Origin: Chrysomallon squamiferum
Taxonomy: Eukaryota > Animalia > Mollusca
Assembly (NCBI GenBank): GCA_012295275.1
Contig: CM022672.1
Location: 27,652,001-27,716,000 of the forward strand
Direction of reading: 5' to 3'
DNA length: 64,000 nt
Made by a program: the position numbers and the translations under genes. Below, piece by piece: positions 38,798-51,825 of this stretch. The first letter of the stretch is position 1; each line of letters starts with the position of its first letter. Below the pieces are notes generated by a model that saw nothing but the letters and a program-made list of their open reading frames with translations, was not told the DNA's origin and did not search any database.

Positions 38798-40290
38798 CTG
38801 AAAATATAAAAGTTTAAAAAAAAAATCAGAATAATTAAACTGTTTAGAATGAATGAATGAATGAATGAATAAATATTTACTGGCATTCCAACATGAAAAA
38901 TATATATCAAACTATGGTAAAAACAAAACTTAATGATGGTAAGCATCAGTATAAGAATTGAACAGTTAATTTAGAGCACAGTGTAAAGAAGTATGTAAGA
39001 ATTCAAATATCACAGTTAGATGTAAACTAAAACTGAGAATAAAAGACACACAGAACCACACACGTACAGACAGACCCACATATTTACTTACTCCCATAAA
39101 AACAAACAACACACATACACCTACACACAGAAACACAAATACCACATTTACACATACACGCAGAAATGCATTTATAAACACCACACCCACACACGCATAT
39201 ACACACAGACACAGAGACACTATTTTCTCACGTACAGTAAAAAGATTCAAGCCTACAGATATCACAAATAATGAAAAAAAAAAAAAAAAAATTATTATAT
39301 TTATACACAGCATTCATTTTGTTGAAATAAAACACATACACTTGAACTAAAATGCAAAGATCTAACGAGGAAAATCTCTGTAAGAATAATATGGGCATGT
39401 CCACAGCACACAGTAGTATATTATTACTACTACTACTACTACTACTAGTGCTGCTGGTGTTACTACTACTACTTATTTATTTGTTTATTTCATTTCATTT
39501 TATTATTTTATTTACGACTTAAAATATAATAAAGCAGTAATAATAAATGTATGCAATAAATAATTGTTAAACCTTCTAATTTTTGAGGTTTTCAAACAAG
39601 ATATTTTATATTACCCAAGACAAATCCTGATAACTGCAAACAACAACTTTAATATTCCATAACTCAATTAAGAAAATAGCACTGAGAAAATAACACATTA
39701 ATTTACATTTAAAAAAATCAATATAATTATTCTCATGAAAGAACAACAATACAACATTAAAATATTTATATTAGCTATTCAAATATTTTTTATTTTTTTT
39801 TATTTATTATTATTATTTTTTTTTTTTAAATTTCAAAACAAATTATATTAAAAAAAAAAAAAATAATAATAATAAAAAAAAAAAAAAATGAAAGTAAGTA
39901 ATATTAACAATAATATCAATGTAGTTTGGAAAGTTAATATATTTGAATATCGTTAAATAACTGGCTTGTTGTTAGGTCACTGTAATCTCTGTTAAATTTT
40001 TAAAAATATATTAAGCTTTTTTAAAAAAAAACACTAAAAAAACCTTAAAAAACCCTAAAAAAAACCCTTAATAAAATAGCATTTTATCTGACACTATTTT
40101 CACAACTTGTCATAGCAGTAACATGGCTATGAAAATAAACACCACAGAATACAGTTACCTCCCTTCTTTGTTTCCTTCTCCTAACTTCACGGTGGAGTCC
40201 CAGGGTGAAAAAAGAAATGAAAATATTTTGTTTGTCAACACAGAGTTTGTTTTGTCAGTCAATTAGCCAGGCAATGGCATCAAGGCTGTG

Positions 40291-40643
40291 AACATATTAC
40301 ACAGCAAACACGACTGACACAGCCAAACATTTTACACAGCAAACACGACTGACACAGCCAAACATTTTACACAGCAAACACGACTGACACAGCCAAACAT
40401 ATTACACAGCAAACACGACTGACACAGCCAAACATTTTACACAGCAAACAAGACTGACACAGCCAAACATTTTACACAGCAAACAAGACTGACACAGCCA
40501 AACATATTACACAGCAAACAAGACTGACACAGCCAAACATATTACACAGCAAACACGACTGACACAGCCAAACATATTACACAGCAAACACGACTGACAG
40601 CCAAACATATTACACAGCAAACAAGACTGACACAGCCAAACAT
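40291..40643. repeat. 35-bp minisatellite, about 10 copies
   Basis: Unit aacat(a/t)ttacacagcaaaca(c/a)gactgacacagcca; two variable sites and one 2-nt deletion. Confidence 0.95.
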
Positions 40644-40654
40644 TTGGCATTATC

Positions 40655-41335
40655 TACAAACTTTTCAGTTGCAACACAAATTTGAGTTCTAACATACTCT
40701 ACTGTAAACAGGAACTGTGCAGTTGTGACACACATTTGAGTTAATGACATTTGTAGTTTGTACTAAAAACAGGAACTATGCAGTTGTAACACAGCTGTGA
40801 ACATTTCAGTTGTAACACAGATTTGAATGTTTCAGTTGTAACACAGCTGTGAATGTTTCAGTTGTAACACAGATTTGAGTAGTTTATACTAGAAAAGGGA
40901 ATGTTTCAGTAGCAACACAGATCTGAGTTAATGATATGATTATTGTATTTTGTATTTCAAATAGGAACTTTTTATATGTAACAATTTTGAGTATGGACTA
41001 TTCATTCAGTTGTAATACAGTTTTGAGTAGTTTGCATCTCAAAAAGAAACTATTCAGTTGTAATGAAGTTTTGAGTAGTTTGTACTATAAAAAGGAACTT
41101 TTCACTTGTAACACAGTTGTTTGTACTTAACACAGTTTTGAATAGTTTGTACTACAAACAGAAACTTTTCAGCTGCACCAGTTTTGGGCAGTTTTTATTA
41201 CAAAAAGGAATTTTTCAGTTATAACACTTTTGAGTAGTGTGTATTACAAATGGGAACTCTTCAGCAGTAGCAGTTTGTAACAATTTTGAGTAGGTTGTGT
41301 TATAGATAAGAACTTTTCAGTTGTAGTTTTGAGTT
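40655..41335. repeat. Old degenerate tandem repeat (about 45-bp unit with ~23-bp subunits)
   Basis: Recurring ttcagttgtaacacag...ttgagtagtttgtact...aaaaggaact. Confidence 0.8.
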
Positions 41336-43572
41336 GATATATGTGACTGTGTTTGTGTGTGGTATGCATACAAGACTAATACTATGCTTGCCTTATGCAT
41401 GAAAAGCAGTATGAGTATGTGTCTTCCATATCATATATTTACAAAGCTGATTCTGTAAGGAACATTTTGAGTTTATTTCTGATATCAGTTCTAATCAGAG
41501 GTACTCTGACCTGTTAATGGCAGGACTGGGAAGCCAAAGGTCAGAGGTCAACAGTCTAACTGTGATATGTAAATACTTTGTCACTATCTACAGTTATAAC
41601 CCAATTGAACCTTTATAAACACATTCACAGTATCACAATGTACAGGTCAGGAACTTAATCGTAGTATCTTTAAACTGGATAAACAATAAACTAAAATCTT
41701 AGGTTTTATTAAAATAAGAGCTGTTTTCTTTATTAATATCTCTAAACTTTGCTTCAGGTTTAATACATTATCATCATCATCATTGTTAATGAAATTATTG
41801 TTGTTATTTGTCTGCTATTGTTGTCATTCTTCTCCTTCTCTTTCTTCTTATCATTATTATCATTAATGAAGTCAACAAACTATTAAAACGATTATATCAG
41901 AGGTCATTGATGCTAATCAGCAAAGATTATTGTTACGAGTTCATTCCATGTAAGTGATATAGGTAATTTCTACTGTTCCGAAATAATGGATCATTTTGTA
42001 TGACTTAATTTTGATCAATTTTTCCTTCTTTTTTTTTACAAAAGAAAATAATTATGATATGCCATGAATGTGCAGAAACAAATGAATGAATTTGTTGTGA
42101 CAGTGAAGAAAGCAAATATATAAATTGTGAGATTTGTTTTATGCACCTTACCTCAAATTACTAACATGACCAGCTCAGACACAGATCAGAGCTATATTTA
42201 CAGTTGGTTATCATGGTTACAAACATTAGTGAAAAATTTTAAGTTTATAAATATGTAACAAAACAATTTTAGTAACTCGTTAATGATCATCCAGAACACA
42301 CTTTAAAAAAAAACCATTCACAATTTAGCTGTCCATTGTAACATTTAAAACCTGAACTTTTTCTGTTATATATACATGTGTGTGTGTGTATTAAAGAAAA
42401 AAACACAATGCTATATCATTTTATGTACACCTAGTCTTGTGTTTAAATTATTAAACAACTACCTGAATGTTACATGCACAGTTTTATTTATATGGTAGGA
42501 TATAAGAATAGATGTTTGTTATTTTCATTCAACTTGAACACCAAACATTATGTCCATGCATGCCTTCCTCTAGCTGTTCACTTCACCACAGTCATTCTTC
42601 TTTTTTTTCTTTTTTTATGTACCTTTCATGTCCAACTCTTTCTCATTTCTATGTTTATTATTCCAGTGCAATTATTCAGAGGCTTTCACAGAAATCACAT
42701 CATCAAAGGTATACCAATAATAGGGTTTTCCCCTGCTTCAGAGTTAACACAGAGAGGCAATGAAATATGTGGAGATTAGATTAAAATCTGTAGCCAAACT
42801 TGCCCACCTGAATTCAACACAAAACAAAAGACTGGTATCCTTTCTCTGTAGACATTTACAACTGCTGTGTCGTGTAAAAAACAAACAGTCTCTGGACCCA
42901 ACAAAGAGCTGTGAGAAATGTTCTGAGTTTCATTGTTAAATTGCAACATTAAAAAAAAGCTCTTTTATTTGTAGACTTACATACAGGTTTAACTGTTAGA
43001 CTGCACACCTGTTTCTAGGTAATTGTTAACAACCTATCTAAATACTTAGACTATATACCTGAAGGTAATTTATTAACTAGCAATTTAAATATTGATTTGA
43101 GATTCTCGATAGAAAAAATCAAATCATTATAGAAATTAAAATAGCTTTTGGAAAAGTTTAGTTCCCTTAATTTTAAACTTAACTGTAAATATAATCCCAG
43201 TGCAACTTGAAAATAATACCTTAAAAATATTTAAATCAGCAAAAAAATGAAATTTGGATTAGAGGGAGAGAAATGACAATATGCAGTACAGAAAGATTAA
43301 CTGATAAAAGGATGGATAACTGAATGAGATATGTTCAATATTAATTAAGCAGAATTAAGAAAAATATATATATATATATTTATACAGTCTAGTTACTCTT
43401 TATTTGATGTTATTGATTTTCACCTTCAGTTTCTATTATTAATATAAATAATAAAATATTTATGTACTCATTATATTAGTGTCAGTGATGCAAAATGAAG
43501 GAAATAAAGAAAACGTTTTATTCAGTGATTCTTTTAAAACATTTTTAGAAATGGAGCCATGGTTGGAATGTG

Positions 43573-43614
<42 letters not shown>

Positions 43615-45780
43615 ATTTTTGCTATATGCTTTACCACTAAGCACCTAAGCAGAATGCTGATGACACATTATGGTTACAAAATAATGATGTATATATGTAT
43701 ATATAGTGTAAAATGCAGTACATGTTAACAGCCAATTTAGAATATAGAATTATAAAACTTAATGTTGATGTATACTAAAATATCTTATTTAAAGTTAATG
43801 TACAAGAATGTGTGTTGTGTGAACATATCTATAATGCACTACTATAATTAAATTTCTAAAATATAATATTACATGATATATACAAATATACTAGCATGTT
43901 TATTATGCTTAAAATATACAAATATATTTATACAACTACAATAAAATTATAACTGAAAGAAAAAAAGAAAAAAAAAGAATTACTATACGAAATTCCATGC
44001 ATGGTTTTTAATAATTATTTCTAATCTGGACTATACTGTTACCTCTATATCATGCAGTAAAATGTTTTATCTTGCAGCTGCGATATAAACCTTACTTTTC
44101 CAGCTCTGAATGTTTTTACAAACAGACCATCATTAATAATGGCTTTTATCTGTGACCACTGACTTGGAGCATTTGCCACCCTAATTAAAACAAAGTTAAC
44201 TGTCAGGACAAAGTGTATACGAGTGTTCTGGAGAACTTTTTATTCAGCCTACTTCAGTACTGATAATTATTGTCTCCTGGAAATATTTAAAGATTTATGA
44301 ATTCCATTCCATAATTATTATTAACATGAATTCTAAACTGATAGGATCAAGTTAAAATAATCAATTTAAACCTGAATAATTACTTTTTAGAATTCATATT
44401 AATTTTTAAATTTTTTAAAAAATGTTTCAAGTATATTGTTCATGATTTGAATATTTAGAAAATACAGGCAGGAACTTTGTCAGTTAAAGAAATAAAAATA
44501 AATAACTAGGGAACCTAAATATTTTTGGCCTTTAATTTAGCTTTTCTTCTTTCCTATTTGATACGTAACTTTTTTAAAAAGAATAATCAATAATATATAC
44601 ATTAGGACTGAAAACTTGTGTGAAATGTATGGCGATCTAAAAAACAAATTTGGCCTACTAAATATTGAACTTGAAAAAAAAAATTCAGTTGCCTAAATTA
44701 GCTTTTGGTAGCCCAAACAAAAAATATTCATATTTCTGCTTTTAAGTGAAAGAAAACATGTACTTGATGATTAACTTTTAAAGTAACATTTTAAAATATG
44801 CTTAAAAGAGTCACTTATGCAAATATACCAACATGTGTGATATTGAAATTCTTCTTTGCCATTGACCTGATTTCATGTATACCTATAAGGTGCCCCGCTG
44901 TAACCCTGTAGTGACTGACATATAATAACTGAGAAAAAATGAGTATATAAAACTTTTATCACCCAAATACCTGTGTGAAAAGGCTGCACATACACATATA
45001 CATACCCAGTACAAATATATATTAAAATATTTCCACAAAAATTCATTCACACCCTAAACACAAACACAAACATGTACACACAGACATAATATCTGAAGAC
45101 TATATATATTATACATAGCTCTTTGACACTGAAAGACAAAAGTATGTTTGTTTGAGTGGTTCATTCAAAAACAGATTTAACAGATTAGAAGACTCATTTG
45201 ATGTGTGCATGAATAATATTATTTTAAGAGAAAAATGTTTTTAAATTTCAAATCTATATTAAAAAAATTTCACATATTTAACAGCTTGTGTCTGGAATAT
45301 GTTTATTTTATAATAATTATATATAATTATTATAAAATAAACGTAATTTATAGAAATATATAATACTTATAAAAACAATATAAAAATTATATGTATATAT
45401 ATTATTATTATTATTATTATCATAAAATAGACATATTCCAGATGTTAAATATAACTATAACTCATTAAATATCAGTTTTAGTAGTCCAGTTAATAAAATA
45501 CAGTAGATATATAAAAGTCACTGATTCATTATTTATTAAACAGTATTTAATAACTAAAAAGATTGTTGACATTAACCTATTAGCCTTAAGCCTGATTAGT
45601 ATGTGGGTGACTGTCAGTAACAGCTCTTTGTGATAAATATTTTTTAGTCTGGCAAATGCTGACTAATACAGTAAGAATTCACCAGCTCAACAGATAAGAG
45701 CTGTGACACACCAAACGACAGATAAAACATTTTTTGTAAAAATTTAAATAAATAAATAAATAAACAATCAGACAGACAAA

Positions 45781-45821
<41 letters not shown>

Positions 45822-45859
45822 AATAAATTCACAGACAGATAGATAGATATAAAAATGGA

Positions 45860-45895
<36 letters not shown>

Positions 45896-46239
45896 GCTGT
45901 TTTTTCTTGTATTGATACTAGACCATTTATCCAGCTTCCAAAAAACAAGTTTAAGAAGTATATTAGATCTGTTAAGTATAATTCTGTTCTTTACTTTTTA
46001 TTGTTTATTTTATATTTTAGTGTATATTAAGGCTTGGTCATTAAAACATAAAACAGAAATCAGGTTCTCCTTCAGTCCTAAGCTTGGTATAGTCATATCA
46101 TTTGAAACTATTATATATATATATACATTTTTGAAAAAGAATAAAAACAAGAAATCCCCATGTATATGATGATTAAATAATGAATATAGGTTGGAATGGG
46201 GAAAATGTCAAATGGATTCAATATGGTACCAATAAGAGA

Positions 46240-46410
46240 TGGACACCTCAGTGTAGCTTGGTTTTTACTGTTGTCCTGAGACTTTCTAAGAGAATCTGCT
46301 GGGCTATTTCCCAGTACAATCAGTACACAACTGTCTCAGTTTCTTTGCTGCTAATCAGAAAGAGTACACTATGCAATGGTGACAGCAGCAAAGTTTCTTT
46401 TTTTGATATC
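46240..46410 (+). mobile_element. Degraded SINE-like interspersed repeat
   Basis: gggctatttc...ttgctgctaatcagaaagagta...tggtgacagc resembles, from memory, a common gastropod SINE core; a further decayed copy may lie near 36920-37035. Confidence 0.35.
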
Positions 46411-48643
46411 ACTATATATACAACACACACACACACACACACACAAAAAAAACCTGTTTAATATTTAGTAAGCACTGATATTAAAAATATGCTCAGGTAT
46501 CATAAAAGAACTGCTAATTCATGCAATTATTCATCCATCCATCTATCCATCCATCGATCTAACCATCCATTCATTCAGGGTTGTTATTTTATTTTTCCAA
46601 ATTTGGGAAGATAGTTTCCTTGCCCTTTGCCTTTATAAGTTGTATGTCCATAAGGATTATCTTTGATATATCAATGCGCCTCGATTTGGAATGGAAAACA
46701 ATACTCTGAGGTCACAGTGACATGTAAAATGCAAAAGAGTGTTATAACCAGACAATAGAATAATTAGAAAATAGGTTGCAACAATCGATAATATTTTATA
46801 ATAAAAGTATGGGATTTTTTTTGGTGGGTTATTTTGTGGGGTTTATTTATTTACTTACTTCTTTTTTTTTTTTTACAGTATATTTTTGTGACAAATTACT
46901 ATTTATCTGTACAGAATTAAAGCAGATTTCTTTTTAATGATCTACTGCAAGCACTAAATATATATATTGTATAGGTGTATGAGCAGGTATACAATAGCCA
47001 ATTAATAATTTGTGCTTCTATTGATTTTGGTATTAGCAGTCTTATTAAGTGAAATACATTCAGGGATATTCCAGTCTATATGAGATTTTTCAAATACTAT
47101 TAACAAGATAATGAGTAATTATTGTTATTATTTAATAAGATTACACATTTTTACTTATACAGCATAATAAAATATTGTAGTAATTCTTTTCATAATTATT
47201 ATTTATAGAAATCAAATCCAGAGAGAGAAATATGGGATTGAATATATATATATATATAACTCATTAATAATTTTAAAATATTGATTGGTATGTAATGTCT
47301 GTCAACTATGTGATATTTTTACTTACACACACACCCACACCCACACCCACACAGACAACCTATCTTAATAGATACTATATTCAACACTTCAGTAGCTGTC
47401 ATAATTTATAAACTTATCATAATGCTCCTTATATTCAGGCTTTAATATCAGGGATTACACATAATTATTGTTTATCATTAAGAAATCCACAGCTGTCAAG
47501 CACCTGGCAGAGAAGTGAAACAGAGAGGAAACCTGTTGGCTGTCAATGTGGGTGTTTCCCTTTCTCAGAGGGTGTGGGGGAGAAGGCAAAAGATAAAGAT
47601 AAAGAAAATGATTTAGTATGCTGTTAAAGTAGAGGTGCCAGTTGCATTTATCCAGTTTCAAGAAAAATCACAAGAAAACTACTTTTAGAAGTTTATTAAT
47701 TTGTATCTGCTAAATAATGTTTCATTTTTTCCCTGCCAAGACTTGCTCGATAAATGGTCTGGTTCCAGGATTTAAAAAAAAATGTTTTTGTAATGTATAA
47801 AGGTGAATTACATATATTATTTATTATATTTTAAAGTTTGCAAAACATTGAAGTATTGGTTTTGAAGAAAATGCATAAAATTTCCTCTAAGACTCATAAG
47901 CATTTGATGCCTTTCCCACTTACAGAAAGTCTAATATTAAAATACAGTTTATATACAGCATAAACTTTTAATATATTAATATAATTACATACAAGGTTTA
48001 ATTATAATATATTTACAAATTATTTACATTTATTTTCAAATATTCAGATTTGAGTTGTTTTTATTTTTTGATGTCAGTACAAAGCTGCACTGTCTGTGGT
48101 GAAAAGGAATATTTTGTGGTTTTCACTTGTACAGGCTTTATATTCTAAAAACTGGTTTCAGGTATGCAGTGTGTAAATACTTCAGTGTGTATGATGTATG
48201 TATGTGTGTCACCAAGAGGGATTTATAATCTGTCCAAAGTGAAAAATGACTGAAATTGTACTAAATATTAATATGAAAGAGTTAATTAGTGATTATTTAT
48301 TTTTATTACTACACATTATAATAAAATAAAATAAAATAAAATAAAATAAAATAAAATAAAATGTAGTAGTGTAGTGTAGTGTAATATAATATTCATACAC
48401 ATGTATTGATATAAAGACATACAGAGAAACATACAGTTACTGAGTTAGCTATAACTAAACCCATTCACCTAGTAAACAGGAAATGTCTAATAAATTTTTT
48501 AAATGTTTAAATTGTAGCAAATATTAAATGTAAAACTACAGCATTTAAATAATTATAAAACAGAGACCAAATTATATATATATAAAACAAGTCTGTGTTG
48601 CAGAAAATAAAGAAAAACAAAAATCAATCACTGTACGCCTTAC

Positions 48644-48734
48644 CTGAGCTTGTGGTTGTGAACTGAAATGAAAATCCAGGTACGCACAACAATATTCCAA
48701 CAATAAGGTAAAATCCTGCATGTATGACAGCCAT
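48644..48734 (-). CDS. crb: Alternative first coding exon encoding a signal peptide
   Basis: ATG at 48734: MAVIHAGFYLIVGILLCVPGFSFQFTTTSS + G, donor CAG|gtaagg, phase 1, matching the acceptor at 38797. Confidence 0.75.
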
Positions 48735-49450
48735 GATTGTCGAGAACCAGTTTAATGAACATTCCTCGGCTGAGACAAAAAGTATTAAGTTAAAAAATAT
48801 TGCAGATTTTGAAAACAGTAAATCCTGTATGACGGTTTCCTCAGCATGATGTTCAAACTAGACACACACACATGTACACAGTCACTGTGATGTCTGTGTC
48901 CACTGTCCTACACAGTCTGATATGAGCCATGCAGCCTGACCATCCACACAATGCAACAGCCCATGTGATTCCTCAAATAGCTTTTTCAAATATTGTCACA
49001 ACTGTGCGAAGAAGCCATTGCTAGAGAAAGGGGGGTAGGTTTGTTATCTTTTCAAAGTCAGCTGATAAAACAAAGGTCTTCTTTAAATCCTTATTTTTCT
49101 CACTAAATTTTTGTTTTAAAATTAACAAAATCAAAATTTAAAAACAAAACCTTTAAACAATAGTAATTGTTTGTCAGTCAGTTTAACCAGTGATAATTCA
49201 CTTTTCAGTTTCAACCGCAATTTCGCAAGAAGATAAAAGAAAAGTAAGGTGACTCTTGAAGCCAAACTGTCATGGACTCCAGTCAGTGAGGAAGAATGTG
49301 AAATTAATTGATAAAAGTATTTTACTCAGGGAAGAGAAGAATGCAGGTCTGTGTGGGATGTCTCATTGCTGGGACTGGCACACCTTCCACGCCTGACTGC
49401 ACGAGGAAGCGTGAACAGGTAAACTGGAGTAACTCAGGCTAATCACAAAA
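48735..49450 (-). promoter_or_regulatory. Putative 5'UTR/internal promoter for the alternative first exon
   Basis: Higher-complexity, relatively GC-richer sequence with some CpGs directly upstream of the signal-peptide ATG; position only, no TSS evidence. Confidence 0.4.
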
Positions 49451-51565
49451 TTTCACTCTAGTGGAAAAAAAATACTTTTTAAAAGAACCAATAAATAAAA
49501 GGCAGTTCATTATTTTCAGCTTGGGTATTGACAATGCTTCAAGTGTTCTTTTGTGTGAGCACAATGGGTAGATGGGGATTTCATTTCCTTTAATTGCCTT
49601 TTATATGACATCTTTCATTAACTGCATGTCTGCAAGTCGGTTATTTATTGATCATAAAATTACTTTTATGTTAATTTTTGAAAGAAACTAGGTCTAGCAG
49701 TTATAAAATTTATATATATATATATATATTTTTAAATGAGTGTTACTCATAGACTGAAAATCAGAAATATTTATCATGAAAATTAATGCATTAAAGTTTT
49801 TTTTCCATTTTTTGTGAAAAAATATTTTTCATTTTGAAATAAAACTTTTGTAATAGATGAAAAATAAAATACATATAAAAATTGTGAAATACTGAAGATT
49901 TCATAATTAACAGACTGATAATATATTATTTACTATAATTCTAATAGTCTGTCTCCAAATAATTTTTAATTTATAAACTCTTAAAAAAAAAAAAAAAAAT
50001 AAATAATAAAAAAAAAAAAAAAAAAAAAATGAATAAGCTACAAATGCAGATGGATCACAAAGAGAAATCCAGTGATTAGTTCAATGACCATTCTAAAAAT
50101 AAAACCAAAAAAACTTACAATGGATGAAATATTAATAAAATACATTCATCATAATTTGGAGTATAATTTCTTGATTTGTTAAAAAAAGGGTTAAAACAGT
50201 GGTTGTATACAATAATCAGTTTAATTTAACTCAAATTTACCCTCATCTTTAGACTGAAAGAAAATTCAGTCTGTTGACCATTTCTCTTGTTTACAACGAT
50301 TATATTAAATTAATGTGCAATGATATTAAAGACACATAGTATCTTTTGTATCTCCACCTAGTTCTGAGGGGGTATACTCAGGAAACAATTCCAGAAATTA
50401 GACCAGTTATTATATATGTATATTTTTTATATATTTATATTTAATATTGATTTTAATGGTTTACTCCAATATATTAGTGTTTGTGGGGAAACAGCCTTGA
50501 AGTCATTCAGATTAAAGCTTTGAAGATAAATATAAACATCTTCTGAAGGTAAACACACACACACACACACACACACAAACATACATGCAGTAAGAAACTA
50601 CGTAGATTATCGATATGATCAAAGATTAGAGTAGGTGACCCTACTCTTTTAAAAATAATGTATCGGGTAACTGTTGACAACCAAAATAATTCTATCAACA
50701 ATAAGTACTTGTCATTCTGTACAAAGCACACAGCAGCTTAGCAACAATATCCCATAGCAACAAATTGCCTATTGCAAAATAAAACTCTTTCAGGAGAAAG
50801 GTCTACTCAGTTAAGGAAAGAAAAAATCTTTATTTATTGATGTACTGTTTAAGTAGCTACTAATTTCCCTGATTGTTAGTTTAAAAAATGGAGAAGATAC
50901 ATAAATCAGTTTGTTATAAGTACATCATGTGAGGTTAGTTAAATAGAACTAGTATCTTACAGTTTCCTTCTAACTGTACTGTCTTAAGTTATATAATGAC
51001 CACAATAATGAAATATGAGAAAACAGATTTCCTCCTTTTCTCATAAGCCTTATATATTAGTAAAATCTTAGTTCTATGGGTGTGAGTATAAAAAGGATAT
51101 ATATGTGTGCATATTCTCACACACACACACACGTAAACATCTCAAGAAAGTCAAAGAAAGTATATAATTATAAGAATATATCTACACTTTATTTTAACAA
51201 AAGAAGTTTGGCTAATACTAGCATGCAATACATTTTTATATTAACATTTTTAATTTTATAAACATTTCAACCTAAATTTGTATTCAGTTTAAACAAGTGA
51301 TCTAAGCATGTTGTTCTGTGAACCTTTTTGTATAAATAAATCATTTGGGAAACTACTTTTATGAAAGTGATTCTTTATTAAATATACTTTAAACAGTGTT
51401 GTATTCATCTAGTTGATTGTGTTTTTTCCAATAAATATATGGCTTGCTGATACTCTGGGATTTATCTCAACAAGCCTATATATTGATAGAAAATCTGATA
51501 ATCATAACTTTTTATTGCTGTCATTTAATTAGATTATATTACATTTTCCCCCATAAAGTGTACTG

Positions 51566-51825
51566 CAGGGGTCAGTGACCTTTTGGAGAGAGGGGCCCAG
51601 ACAGCTAAGCAGTTTCTGGAGGAGGAATCAAATGTATTATAAATACACACAAACACATACACTCTCTCTTTCTCTCTCTCAATTCCATCTTCAATACTCA
51701 GCACTAAGAGGGGATGCTAGGAAGCAAGGCTACTTTGGTCTGGAGGTTTAAAGAAAAAACAATGATGTTAATGTAATAACTGGTGTCCAAGAGTTCAGTT
51801 GGTGGACTACAATCTCTGACCCCTG
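51566..51825. mobile_element. hAT-type MITE, 260 bp
   Basis: Perfect 10-bp terminal inverted repeat caggggtcag ... ctgacccctg; 8-bp flanks gtgtactg/ctgtgttg match 5/8 (decayed target-site duplication). Confidence 0.65.
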
